Source of the DNA: Octopus vulgaris
Taxonomy: Eukaryota
Reading direction: 5' to 3'
Assembly (NCBI GenBank): GCA_951406725.2
Contig: OX597827.1
Coordinates: forward strand, 84,506,001-84,570,000
Length of the DNA: 64,000 nt
The position numbers were made by a program, and so were the translations under genes. The notes beneath the pieces were generated by a model, which had not been told where the DNA came from, made no database searches, and saw nothing but the letters and a program-made list of their open reading frames with translations. Position 1 is the stretch's first letter, and every line of letters starts with the position of its first letter. Below are positions 17,636 through 31,275 of this stretch, one piece after another.

Positions 17636-19850
17636 ATGTCAGTCTGTCTGTTTGTCTATCACACGGAAAAGGTTGAGTAACTTCGAAATTTTGGCGTCCT
17701 TATCGCTACCAGACTGTCTAGTGTCGGGAAGTGGGCTGGAAATTCGAAGTCACTACCGACTTTTTCTATATCAAGAAATATAAATGTAATACTCTACCGA
17801 AAATATATATTTGTGTGTGTAAATATTGGATGCGCGCGTGTGTATGTGTGCGCGCGTACATACACACTCAATGTAAAGCAAGAGTGAAAATGGTGGCTCA
17901 TTTCTCCTTGATTTCGATTCTGTTCTCTGCTGTTCGATATTCCCTGAATAATGTTCGTTATCCTCTTCTCCATAGAAACATATCCTCACTTATAGACATT
18001 TCCATATATAGTTCTGTAACTGATCGTTAGCGTACCATTAAGGGCTCATTGCCAAAGCATACATGTTCCCAAGGGAATATGATAAATACTTCCATCCATG
18101 ATGTGACCCCTACCTGAAACCTTAGACACTTTATCACAACCAAGGTTCGACTCCATTGACCGTCGACAAGTTCGCGTACCTTAGCGGCCCTCAATCAACA
18201 ACTGTCCATATCGACGATGAGTTCAGTAGCAGAATTATCAAGGTCATCATCACTTTAGATGGATTTCTCAAGAACTCAGAGTGGAAGGGGCCAAGTTATT
18301 GTTTAGAGTGCCTGAGACCCTATCAGCCGGAAGTTCTCAGCTTCTGCCGACTTTACTACACATCGTTGACACGTGTACTGTTAACAGCAAAGAGAATAAA
18401 TAGATTCTACCTGGACTTCTTGCACAAACTGTTGTATATTTGTTGATAGAACGAGGTCTGAGGCAGTAAGTTCCTCACTTGTGATATTCTAGCCAGCGTC
18501 AACACTCCTCTATGAACAATTGAGCGGTCCTGGCTTTGTGGTTCTTAACAAAATCAATAAGAAACAAGTCGGGGTAGTGGACTGTGTTTGAAGAGAGGAG
18601 AGCGCAACACTCGACGACACTGAGAGCAAGAAATTGCATTTATTTAAGATGAATAGTTCAAGGTAAGAACCTATTTAGAAAAAAAAATATGTATATTGAA
18701 TAAATATAGAACAGATGTGTGTATAAGTTATTACACATATATGTGGAGAGACATATATGAAAGGTGTGTAGATAGAAATAGACAATATATTAGAACCAGG
18801 AATGTTTATATACGGGTATATATATATATATGTCTATAGATATATATATAAGTCTATAGATATATGTATAAGTCTATAGATATATATATAAGTCTGTAGA
18901 TATATATATATGTCTATAGATATATATAAAACATGTAGAGAGACATGACATGTACGTAGAGATGCAGACACCGTTTTATTAGATATGGGAATGTATATAT
19001 ACGGATGTGCATATTATACAGTATGGGCACAAGCATATATTATAGAGGTATATGTATACAGCTATACATGAAAGGTAGGTGTGTATATTGTGTGTGTGTG
19101 TGTGTGCGCGCGCGCGCGCGTCTGTGTTATCGACCGCTGAAACTATCATAGTGGATATGAAATAAAGGAAATTTCAACAACTTGCTTCTTGTTTTGCTCT
19201 CATACTATGAATATATACATGTATATGTACATATGTGTGTTGAATATATATATATGTATGTATGTATTTATGTGCATGTAAATGTGTTTTATATATGTGT
19301 ATATATATATGTATGTATGTATATATGCGCGTATGTTTGTGTACAATTGGTGTGTTTATTTTATTACGTTGGTGATTTGAAGTAATTCCAGATGTGAGTG
19401 TGTGAAATATAGAAATATGATTGATAGGAAAACAAATTAAGAAAATAACGATCCTGAAAGAAAGAAACCAAAGAAAACATTGATTGTATCCCTTGGCAAC
19501 AGCGAGCAAAACTGGTGACCGCCGCCATATTGTCAACCTGACCTAATGGCAGTCGACCTTAGAATGCTGTGTGTAGAAAACTTGTTATATAATCATACAG
19601 AGATAATTTTTTTAACCCATAAATGCATACATAGTTACGGGGGGGGGGGTGACGAAATAATTCCAGTAAATATAGTTTATCAGCATCAGAAAACTTGGAG
19701 TACTTTATTTTGATAGTGGCACCCTGAGGTCGTGAATTATCTTTCTCCAATGTCTGTGTGTGTGTGAGACAGAGAGAGAGAGAGAGAGAGTGAGGGAGTG
19801 GGTGTGTGATGGAGAAAGAATGAGAGTGTGTGTAAGTGAGAGAGAGAAAG

Positions 19851-19950
19851 NNNNNNNNNNNNNNNNNNNNNNNNNNNNNNNNNNNNNNNNNNNNNNNNNN
19901 NNNNNNNNNNNNNNNNNNNNNNNNNNNNNNNNNNNNNNNNNNNNNNNNNN
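19851..19950. other. Assembly gap (100 N) flanked by (GA)n
   Basis: Run of n. Contiguity across it is not guaranteed. Confidence 0.99.
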
Positions 19951-20255
19951 AGGGAGAGAGAGAAAGAGAGAGCGTGTGTGTGTGTGCATGCGTGTCCACG
20001 CCCGTACAGACACATACACCCAAATGTACTCCCACGTCCAAAGTTAGGAGTAAAAATAGAGAAAGGAATGTAGCCCAGTGCAGGCCACGGATCAGGTTGT
20101 ATTGAAAAGGATAAATAAACCGAACCATTGCTTTATATAGAGACATGTTATGCTTAAATGACAGTTTATTGTTTATGCACTGGGGAAAAAAGCCGGGGTA
20201 GGCAATAGGGAAGAAACAGGGTGGCAGTAGCACAAGGTTCATATATATCATGTAA

Positions 20256-20289
<34 letters not shown>

Positions 20290-21952
20290 AAACACACAAA
20301 CATACATATGTGTGCGTATATTTCTTTATTGTTTCACGTGTCACTTTCTTTAAATTATTAATTATTATTATTATTGCACGCACGCGCATAATAGATAGAT
20401 GTAAGTAGATAGAAGTGTATTTACAAGTCCCATTATGTACGCAGCAACATTACGAATAAAGGAAGAGCGAACTCCGTACCATTTCTTGTGTAAATATTTT
20501 CTGTATAGAGTCATAGTTATATGTTGTATTAGTCTGTTACTGAAAGTATAACGCCCCTGTCCTCGGACATTCTCACAGAAGTCTCGTCGATGCAGCAAAT
20601 ACCAAATACTTCATATCGTGTGCTTCGATGCTTTGTTAAATCAAACCGGAAGTCTACCTGCTACACTCGAGTTTACATTCAAAATAGCTTTTTCATCCTG
20701 TTATGATGAATAAGGTAACGTTAATTTTCACGTCGACATTTAGAAATCAAGTCTGACCACTTATTTAAGACATGTATTATTTGGTGAGGATATGTAAGCC
20801 ATGTCTGTTTTGGTGAGAATAAAGTGTTTTTCGCCATTGCAGAGACTACAGTAATTTTCAGAGGGACGTACCATTTGGTGAAGAATTGGAGGTTTAGATA
20901 TAATTAATTTCGTCGATATTCTGATTTTTAAAATATCACATGTCTGCTACAGTTTCTTTTGTCTACATGTCTAAAGGTATGTTTATGGCTGCCCTCAAAC
21001 ATTTCGGTGTATAAGGACATATTTGATAAGATTTGCCGTTGACACTTCTAAAAATAATGGGTAAGGCATGGTTAGAATGTCTTGATCTTACCGTCTCTTG
21101 ATGAGAGTTGATCTATTACTGAAGAATAACGGCTACCATGGCCCTCTATTCAGGTTATGGGGTTAGAGAGGGGTAAACCGAACATGCAACTCGGCTTTAC
21201 AGTACCACCGCCACAAACACCACGATTTTTCCATTCGCAACATTTTAGTAGATTTCACTCTGCTGCTTTAGAGATTCCAGTTAGGCTTCTGGTCCTGTTT
21301 TTGGTCATTATATGTGGTCATTCACCACATCAATGTCACTGGTCGAGATGGTCAAGAGGTGAACCCTTTAAAGGTCACCTCCTCTGTCTCTGTTCCTCCT
21401 CTTATGTCCTCTCTCCATGATCAATGAGTCACACGTCCCCTATTCACTGCTGTTATTTCAAATAATGGGCTCTACCATCCATTGTATCTATTCTGATCAA
21501 GATATATTGCACCGTTGAGAAATAGCGGACTTCGTCTTACGATGTCGCTGCTGTGAAAGACAGTGTTTCTCTCGGAGAGTTGGGGGGGGGGGAGCTGCGA
21601 CTCTGAGGATTGAACAACGAGGCAGACAAACCGCCATGTTGAATATAACTGCAATGCATTTTAAACTTGTCTAATATCACAGCGAGCACAACACGATTGT
21701 ACAATTGCAAACTATTTTGTTTTTTTTATTGAAAAATAAGTGAGGAGGAAACAAAATATCCCTAATGGTTGTGTGTGTTATGTGTGTATGTACATGTGTG
21801 TCTCTGTGTGTATGATAGTCGGTGCGCGCGCGCGCGTATTTATCAATTTGAGAAACACTGGATTAAGGGATTTAAAATGATTAAAATACAACTCCATTTT
21901 ATCTATATTCTTCAGGTTATATTAAAACACGTACATTGCTTCCGTGTGCGCG

Positions 21953-21983
<31 letters not shown>

Positions 21984-22058
21984 TAGTATATGCATATATT
22001 TACACGCACACATATCTATGCGTATACATGTGTGAGTGTAAGTGAATATGTATATATG

Positions 22059-22104
<46 letters not shown>

Positions 22105-24355
22105 AATCATATATACATATATATATATATATATGTATATAAATCATATATACATATATATATATATATAATGTATATAAATCATATATACATATATATA
22201 TATATATATACGTATATAAATCATATATACATATATATATATATATATACGTATATAAATCATATATATATATATATATATATACGTATATAAATGATAT
22301 ATATGCTACATGCATATGTGTATATGTATAATATATATGGATATTTATAGCCATGCGCATGCTTACATAAATGTATATAATACATATATGTATGCATGTC
22401 TGCCTTTCTTTCTCTATCTGTCTGTCTGTCTATCTATATATGTCATATTATATATGCACTGATATAGATTTGTGCATGTGTCTCTATGTGTGTACACAGT
22501 ATATACATAAAATCAAATATTTACTCGTGTCACGATATGAGTTTATGAGTTTGTGTCTGAGTGTGTGAGTGTGTGTGTGTGTGTGTGTGTGTCTGAGTGT
22601 GTGTGTGTGTTGAAGAGCTGAGTTTTCTCTGTGTCCAACCCACTTAGCTTAATTGTATTTCGACATTGTTGTTAGTCGGTTTAAGGAATTCCAGATTCTA
22701 TTTCCTAATTAGACAGGACCCCCACCCACCATAACAACTCACATACCATACACCATACGCACTACACCATACTACAACCCACACTGCACCTCTACAACAC
22801 CCCGCTGCCTGCACTCATCGCACCCCACCCCCACCGTCTACAACTAATGTCATCTCCATTAATTTGAACACGCCAGTACCCCACCGCCACGGCACACTTC
22901 ACCAATAAACAACTACAACAGAACTGTGCCACCACCTAACTACATCACCCTCACCCAATTGTACAATGACATCATTACTATACGACTACCACTCCATCAC
23001 TATACCCATACACTCTTAATACTGCAACCATCACTTCAACACTTCACCGCGCCACCATACCAGTATAGACACCACTCGCAGACAGTGGAACTTGTCCTCC
23101 AAAGCCTGGTCAATGTAGTGAATCCCTGTGAAGAGAGAGAGAGAGAGAGAGACTAAGAAGGTAGGGATAAATTCTAATGGCTTTCAGGTGAATTCAGTAG
23201 ATTGGAAGTGACGAACGGACAATGTGAGCGACGTTCTGGCAGAGAAAATGGTTCTTCAACAAGAAACACGAAGATTGTACTGTTAGAGCCGAAGCCCGTA
23301 ATCTAAGACGATGAAGGAAGGAAGCCTTTGAATAAATCTGGTTAGAAGAGACACGACATGGCAACAGAGCCACATTTAGGTCTTCAACGGACAACGGTGA
23401 ACATGTGCTGTTCGTGACTGCGCTTTGTCCAGTGTTGGAAAATGAACATCTGAGAAACGGAGAGCGATGAAGGTTTTAACGAGTGGATAATCAGCCCATT
23501 TGAATAAACAACAGTTCAATGAATTTCCGTGAGAGATTGGCCCCTACGATTGTAATCTCGCCCTCCCTGAACTGATATCTATAATACTGGCAGTAGGCAA
23601 TTATGTATGCCGGAAAGTGGTGTGACTGTCAAGGAAGGATGCGAAGAACATTGACAATTTTCTACCTCTAGCTCTGCTGAACGCACACTTTTTAAGGTTT
23701 GTATCGAAAGTTTGCACGTAGAGGTTAGCGTTTGTCGCCAGTCTTATGGTCAGGAGCATGCATATCTGAAGGATTCTTGACAGATCCACCGACCAAAGCC
23801 TCCACTTGATGCAATACACCGTAGAGAAGTTTAATAACAAACCTGGTGTTGGTGTCGTTGCCCACGTGGCTGTTCAGACTTGTTGATCAGATCCGGCTTG
23901 AGGCATTAGGGAACTCTCTTCAATGTTGCAGGTTTTACTCACCCTTTCAGAGAATGGCAAAACTGGTGCAGCTGCTTTCTTTACGTTAGGATAAAGGAAA
24001 CTGGGAGAGGACACTTTTGAAGCTTCGGCTATGTTAGAGTCATTTGGGGGTTTTTGTGAAGAGTTTCCCTCGTAACACCCGTGGTAAATTTCAATCCTAT
24101 TCGAGAATTTTTCGTAGTGACATTTTTATTATTTAGTTTTTGACATCTATTTTATTCGATAAAAAGCCCCCTTTTTGTGTGATTATATTTCAGCATTGCC
24201 TTGTCCTGAATGTCTTTACGAAAATGTTTCTGATATCATCATCTTTATAATCATCATCAATTATTATTATCATCATTATTATTCATTTATTTATTTATTT
24301 ACTTACTTACGCTATTTACAATTGACATATATTTGTCCTCATCTTGTTTGTTGTT

Positions 24356-24401
24356 AACACAACGTTTCGGCTGATATACCCTCCAGCCTTCATCAGGTGT
24401 C
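24356..24401 (-). ncRNA. Minimal type I hammerhead ribozyme in a Penelope-like pLTR fragment
   Basis: Minus strand reads GACAC-CUGAUGA-A-GGCUG gaggguauau CAGCC-GAAA-CG-UU^-GUGUU. The loopless palindromic stem III is typical of PLE hammerheads. Confidence 0.75.
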
Positions 24402-24451
24402 TTGGGGAAATTTCGAACCTGGGTTTGAAATTTATTATTATTATTATTATT

Positions 24452-24966
24452 GCCTTTGCACAGCTTGTAACGTTGGAGATGTACTACGGTGTCAGCTGTT
24501 CACTATCAGTGAGCTAAAGTAACACTTCTTATTTTTTTAGCACCTTCCGGAGTATTCGAGCGGTTCCAAGCAGTGCTGTTTTCTGCAAGTGCTCCATCCT
24601 TATTGCAGCCCCTATTTGTTCCATGTACTTCTCAAGATTTTTACTCATTGTTCCCAGGGCTCCGACGATTATTGGTACTACTACTACTACCTTTTTCATT
24701 GACCACAGCTGCTTAACCTCCCAAGCTAACCTATCATGTTTATCGACTTTTCTTTCTTCCTTATCGCATACCTTGTTGTCAGCTGGGCATGTTATGTCTA
24801 TGATCCAGCATAGTTTGCTTTCTTTCTCAATTAAGACTATGTCTGGTTTCCTATTCTCTATCTCATGGTCGCACTGAATCATAAAATCCCACAGGATCTT
24901 TGCATTATCATTTTCGATGATGCCTTCGGGTTTGTGGTCGCACCAATTTTTTGCCCTGTCAAGTCC
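24452..24966 (-). mobile_element. 5'-truncated Dong/R4-clade non-LTR retrotransposon (restriction-like endonuclease C-terminus) in (TAA)n
   Basis: KILWDFMIQCDHEIENRKPDIVLIEK..IIDITCPAD..KE..K..L..VPIIVGALG..LQKTALLGTARILRKVL. (TAA)n/(CAA)n lies on both sides. Confidence 0.9.
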
Positions 24967-24975
24967 ATTATTATT

Positions 24976-25011
<36 letters not shown>

Positions 25012-25594
25012 ATTATTATTATTATCATTAGCGTGCTGGATTAGTTGCATCGTAAGAGTCGAACCAACTGCCAAACGGTATTTGTTTCGGCATTTTACTC
25101 TTTCATTCCAAATTCTGCCGGCATCAGCTTTGTTTTCCATTCTTCCACGGTTGCTAATGTAGCTGTAATCTACTCGGTCTGAGGGACTCGTTATCAATCA
25201 TAGAGTTGTCCTTTTGTCGAAATGAGGAACAGTTATTGTTGTATTCTCTCCAGCATTATAACGACTTGTAGCACGATTATCACATCAACACACAGCAACC
25301 AGTAGCACTACCTCTCCCGCAACACAACAATCACTGTCACCATTTTTACAACCAATGCAGACACCTGCAGCGCCAATCCACCTTCAGGTTTTGGTGGAAT
25401 TATAGATAAAGTGTGGGACATATGACCAGAACTGTTTGAAAGACCAACTCTTTAAGACAAGAGAAAGAGCGGAGATGGTGATGCTAAACAGGATGATAAC
25501 AAGCTGGTCATGAGGTACCCCAAGACCAGGAGGCGATGCTAAACTGGGAGATAAACTATGTCTATCCCCACCTCGGTACATGTACACTCCCTCT

Positions 25595-25745
25595 GACAGG
25601 CTTCTACACAGTTTCCGTTTATCAAATTTCATTGACAAGGCTTTGTATGAGTCAAGGCTATGACGGAAACCATTAGCCCGAGGTGCCACACAATGGGACT
25701 GAACCTGCAACAATGTAACTGCGAAACCAACTCCTCAGTCTCATG
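25595..25745 (-). mobile_element. Decayed tRNA-derived SINE
   Basis: Contains CAGTTTCCGTTTATCAAATT..ACAAGGCTTT..AGGTGCCACACAATGGGACTGAACC, similar to the 15425 copy. Confidence 0.6.
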
Positions 25746-26573
25746 GCCAACCCAACTGGATGAAAAATATTTCACCCAGATGAAAAACGAAAAGATCTTT
25801 GGTTCCTTAAGAGACTCACAGCTACTGAAACTTTCAGTGTTTCACTTTTGATGCATAACTGATTTGGTTGTTCGGGGCTCTAAGTAAAACTTGAAACATA
25901 GAACTGTATAACCGCGAATCAGTTTGCTGTAATCGGGTCTCACTGCCGATGCCATTAACTTTTCACCAAGCGTCAGCCATATTTCTATTTATTTGGAGAT
26001 TATTTCTGTTCTAACACGATCCATATTTGACCACTGCGAAGAGCATTCGAACCCAAAACTTGAGTAGATCAAATATTGGATGGGCCACAAAACTCAAAAG
26101 ATTTTGTTGTATTAATCCATCAATATCACCGGCTCTCACTCCCATCTTCTTGCCATACTCTCCCTCCCTCTCTCACTCTTTCTCTCCCCCTCTTTATATA
26201 TATATATAATGTGTGTGTGTGTATGTATATATATCGTAAAATTCTCTCTCGCTGTTTAGAGTCTTCATTCATGTTGTATATTGTAATATACTGCTGTAAG
26301 CCTGGCTAGACAAGATCACGTATAACTCATGTGACCCCATCAAAATGTGTCTGCCAAATCTCGCAAATGCGTGATCTCGGATGAGGTGAAATGCCAAGGT
26401 TCAGGCGTAGACCTTCATTCTTCCTACCAACTTTCTCAATCAACTTTTCTTTGAGCAAATCACTCTTTCCGCGGAATTTACCAAATTCCTATTGCACTCT
26501 TTCGACCCAACATCAATTATTATTATTATTGTTTTATCAATTATTGTGTTGTTGTTTTTGCTGCTGCTGCTAT

Positions 26574-26629
<56 letters not shown>

Positions 26630-27454
26630 GTTGATGATGTTATTGTCACTATTATTTTTAATCTTTCATCTTCTTGCCGTCTCTCCTCAACAAAATTAAC
26701 CGTTACATTTCTTTGTATTTTTCCACCATACATTTTTTTAGATAGTTGGAATAACTTGAAATTCGCCATCATGCATCACCTTATTCAATACTCTTTAATC
26801 TTCTTCTTCTCCTTCCTGCCAACCTTCTACACATGACTCTTATTGAATTAATCTTTTACGCAACCATTTTCTTGTCTGTTTTCTCCCAATTTCTCATTTT
26901 TTTGCTCTCCCTGTCTTTGCAACATTTTTTCCTCTTTTGTTTCGTCCGCCATCTTGCTTCTCCTTTATCTCCCTCATCTTTCTATCTCATTCCATCTACA
27001 CTCCATCTTCCTTCTTGTTATTCAAACTCCCACTGCTTCTCAATAACAAATTCTCATTTTCTTACGATTCATAAAACAATTTGATTTTTTTTCTTATCAC
27101 ATCAACTTTTAGATTAACTTTACACACACACAACACACAACACACACACACAACACACACACACACACACATTGTCACTGGATATGTGTGCGTGCAAATA
27201 TGTAAGACATACATATATTCATTTCTAACTCTCCCTTTCTGTGTCTGTTTACTCCCACACACACACACATCGTTCAATATACAGGGTTTTGCATAATATA
27301 AAAGGTACATTTTTATGAAAAAAAAACAACAACTTTAGTTTCGCAGTGGAAACACTTTGCACAACAATGACTTAGTTTACTTTTCACAACAAGGCTAATA
27401 GTTATGTTTATTAGGAAAAAAGGTATGACACTCAATGGACCATAGACAAGTGTA

Positions 27455-27627
27455 GACTCTACTCCGGGTCGACCAGAGCCTTGTGAAGGTATTTGATTGA
27501 CGGAAACTGAAAGACACCAGTCGTATATGTGTATCGGTGTGTATGTGTGTGTCTTTGATTTTGTCTGTCCACCCCACGCTTGACAACATCTTGGTTTGTT
27601 TACATTCCTGTAAACTAGCAGTTCGGC
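27455..27627 (+). mobile_element. SINE body and 3' part
   Basis: GGGTCGACCAGAGCCTTGTGAAGGTATTTGATTGACGGAAACTGAAAG..(TG)n..TTTACATTCCTGTAAACTAGCAGTTCGGC; same family as the 15425 copy. Confidence 0.65.
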
Positions 27628-27674
27628 TGTCAATCAGCACAGCTGAACTTTAATGATTGAAACAAGTAATATAT

Positions 27675-27752
<78 letters not shown>

Positions 27753-30072
27753 TCTCCTGAATATATGTTAACAAAGATTCACGAAATAAAGTACAATACG
27801 ATGAAGAATAAAGTAAACTCGAAACTGAAACTTTATGTTACGCCATGTCTCTCGCTTTGATTTCTTTGTGAGTGAGCGATGGAAGAAAGTTTCATGATTT
27901 CTTGTTAAATCATTATCGCTGGACAAAATGCCAAACTCAGAGTTCCGTGAGCAACGTTTCGAACTTTCAACAAAAAAACAAAAACAGATGACACTTCTGT
28001 GTCTGTTTGTAACTTGGAGTGGTGCAGGAATTGGGGTCACAGTTGAATTTGTGTTTAGATCTGCTGTCACACTGTCGAGGGTATCCTTTTTAAATGCTGA
28101 ACTTGACAGTCTTTTGTTTATATTAAGATTTTAAAAATTAATGTCCAGAGTTGAGAAGTTCGTGTTAATATATGTTAGTCAGGTTTTCTGAAGATTTTTG
28201 TGTAAATTTGCCAATAAATTAAGGGGAACATCTGTTAACGACAATTTAAATGGTGACAAGATTTTTTGTTTTAGAGGAAAAGTATTTAACGTGTTGTGGT
28301 CTTTATTTAAGGTGTCTATAGGGGGCTAGACTGAAGTTTATTTTATAAAGTCCTCTTGTATTTGGGGTGAATTGAAAGACTTCAAGATCCTTAACTAAAA
28401 CATCCAAAAGACCCACTTATAATAGGTCGACTTCGCCACTCAGTATGAGAAAGATTTTATCTTTGATGCAGTTTGAGACAAGTTATGTGAGAGAACTGAA
28501 GGATCTCAGATCGGGGTTCGACTTGGGCCCTATAGAAGGGTTAGCAGAGGATCAGAGATCAACTGTTTTATAGTCTTGAGACTGAAATTTATTACTATTG
28601 CATCACAAGAGATAAAGTTAAGTGTTTGGGGAACAAGGAACAATCAGATATTGTAAGATCTAACATTTTCGTTAGGGGCTTTATTTGTGTCGTTCATAAA
28701 AATCTGTATTGTGAAAATATATCCTACAATAATTATATACTTAAGCTTCTGAAGGCCCCTCGGTTGCCGTTTCCTTGTTACTGGATATTTTAGTGGGTCA
28801 ATTTTTGGATCCAATATGAGGTTTGGGGGGTTAGGAGGGGTAGTTATCTTGGGGAAGGGGGAGTGAATTGTGTTTCTATCTAGCGAGGAATACATGTTAT
28901 TTGAAGTGACAGAAAGGATTCAGTAGGAACTCTAAAGGTAAACTACACTTGATAAAATGTAGAACTACGTATGTATGTGTATGCGTATATGTATGGAAGT
29001 GTGTGTGTATTTATTTTTTTAAAGTTTAACTTTTCGGCAGAAAGGAAGAATTCAAGCCAGTTGAACGAAAGTTCAGTTTTTGTTGACTTCGGCAACAAAA
29101 GTGGCTGACCATATTGAATCTAAATGTCCTAATCACAGATTTGAAATTAGTTTTTGAACTCCCCACCCACCGCTTTCCGAAATTAAATTTCTGCCTTTTA
29201 TTTTATGAAAATTTCAAATGTAGGGCAACCCTTAATATTTTTGCTAACGTTTAGAAAATTTTTAACCGTTTTTCACCTTCAGCCTAAGAATTAATAAGAT
29301 TTTCGTTTTTCGATTGGCGTCTATCTGTAGTTCGGACACCTGATATTGCAAGAATGTCGGTTTCCAGCGTTTTACTTTAATAGGGATTAAACGCACATCT
29401 ACGACACTTGAAGTTCTCACTCGAAATATCAAGTTACCGATTCCAGCAGCAGTCAGCAAACCTTCTGTCTCGACATTTGACTTGGCATCAATTTCCAATG
29501 ACAGAAGTAGTTTCTGGAAATCTTTCATCTTTGTCCTTGAATCTTTGTCGATGGAAAATCACTAAAACTACTGACAGGAAACTTTTAAATACAAACATGT
29601 CCTCAGTTCAGATATACTTGAGGCATATTCGAAACCGGAACAAAGCTGTTCGTTGTGTTTCATGAAGAACATTTCTCGCTAGAGAGAGAAAGATGTTTAT
29701 ACCTTTCTATGGATGATTTTCTTTCGGGTTCGAATCTGCCTCAAGCCTATTCCAACTGGTTTTAACAAGTTTGTATTGATACACATCACTGTTGAGCGCG
29801 GCCAACTCGTACTTCTTAAACACTTGGTGACATTTTGCAAATCAAGGATCGATAGTTTGGAAACATAATATGCAAAATAGGCACATATTGATCTGTGGGG
29901 TTATCAATGAACCCACTTAAATCCCTGGTATAATACTTTGAAGGTGTTCCAGGCTTTTAGTTCTTTGTTTTAAACAGAGGAAACAAGTCGACAATGATCA
30001 CTTTAAGTCTCTGAAAACTAACCAAGCCACCCTCCACCACCACCACCACCATCGCTTTCATTTACCTTGATC

Positions 30073-30122
<50 letters not shown>

Positions 30123-30595
30123 GAGTGAGAGCAGTGCTTGCCATCAAAGTGACATTGGGGTAAAATATACGAAGCTCAGTATACCCATCATGAGTACCCG
30201 TTTGATAAGGGTACATCAGGCACATGCATCACAGCCATATCAAGATAAATAGTGCAAGATCTTGCCATTGGGGCACAGTTAAAATTTTGTTCAGGCTGAG
30301 TAACCCATCCCGCTCAAAAGATCTCTGAATAAGGGTTGTTTAAGGATGATGGACAAAACACCCATGTTTCCAGAGGTGAATTATCCAAACCCCCAAAGAA
30401 AACCTCTCAGCACATGGTTATGATGCTTCACCCACAACTTCTGCTCCTGATCAGAGATGCACATATCATCAGCCACTAAGGAACATGCTCAACTGGTTAA
30501 GGTCAAGCAACTGACAAACAAACCTGTGGTATTGAACAGAATATTTGCTGTAACCCATCTTTTATACCAAGACAAAACAATGTACATGATAATAC
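30123..30595. mobile_element. ~470-bp non-coding element bracketed by (TTA)n on both sides (candidate Dong-mobilised non-autonomous element or Dong 3' UTR)
   Basis: Sharp boundaries against (TTA)n at 30077-30122 and 30596-30613; no ORF. Confidence 0.55.
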
Positions 30596-30613
30596 ATTAT
30601 TATTATTATTATT

Positions 30614-31275
30614 GAAGGTAGTGAGTTGGCAAAATCGTTAGGAACGCCGGGCGAAATGTTATGGGATTTTTCGTCTGCCGCTGTGTTCTGAGTTCAAATT
30701 CCGCCGAGGTCGACTTTGCCTTTCATCCTTTCGGGGTCGATTAAATCTCGAAAGAGTCCAGCATCTCGAAAGAGTCCAGAGGCTGGCTACCCGCATGGTT
30801 CATGGTCTCAAAAATTTGTCCTACGAAGAAAGGCTGAGGACGCTCGACCTTTATTCTCTGGAAAAACGCCGCCGACGTGGTGATCTCATTCTCGCCCACA
30901 ACATCATAAGCGGAAAGTGTAACCTCTCGAAAGAGCTGTTCTTCACTCCTGCTCCAGAGCGTCGGCTGCTGGGTCATTCCGAAAAGCTCTACCTGCGACG
31001 ATTTCATCTCAATCGAAGGAGAGGAGCTTTCTCCGTCCGGGTTGCGGATCCGTGGAACAAGCTGCCAGACGAGATGGTGAAGATGCCGACGACCGCTTTG
31101 TTCAAAGCCTCCCTGGACCTCAAGTGGTCTGAACTCTTTACATGAACACCACCCTGTACTTAACTCCATGTCCCCCTACATGGCCTTGCTATTTGCTTTT
31201 GAGCCAAATTAACTAACTAAATAAGTATCAGTTATGCAAGGGGTCGATGTAATCAACTTAACCCCGTCCCCCAAA
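30614..31275 (+). mobile_element. Second tRNA-derived SINE family, split by a CR1 insertion (halves 30614-30746 and 31218-31275)
   Basis: TGGCAAAATCGTTAG (A-box-like), GAGTTCAAATTCC (B-box), GTCGACTTTGCCTTTCATCCTTTCGGGGTCGATTAAAT | AAGTATCAGT..GGGGTCGATGTAATC. Confidence 0.75.
30747..31217 (+). mobile_element. 5'-truncated CR1 LINE (ORF2 C-terminus 30795-31145, (AACT)n tail, TAAAT target duplication)
   Basis: LERVQRLATRMVHGLKNLSYEERLRTLDLYSLEKRRRRGDLI..GHSEKL..FSVRVADPWNKLP. TAAAT occurs at 30742-30746 and 31218-31222. Confidence 0.9.

Noticed and set aside
23190-24000. Possible old LINE remnants (also ~18030-18640, 31330-31860, 38700-39950 and 43100-43940)
   Set aside because: Complex sequence with only faint motif hints; family and boundaries could not be assigned without a search.
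24967-25197. N-terminal poly-Asn extension of ORF 24529-25197
   Set aside because: Read-through into the (TAA)/(CAA) target array and an old SINE; not part of the Dong protein.
29262-29528. 88-aa minus-strand ORF as a host exon (also the frame at ~26330-26490)
   Set aside because: No recognisable domain; in-frame stop right after the candidate acceptor, or no convincing splice signals.
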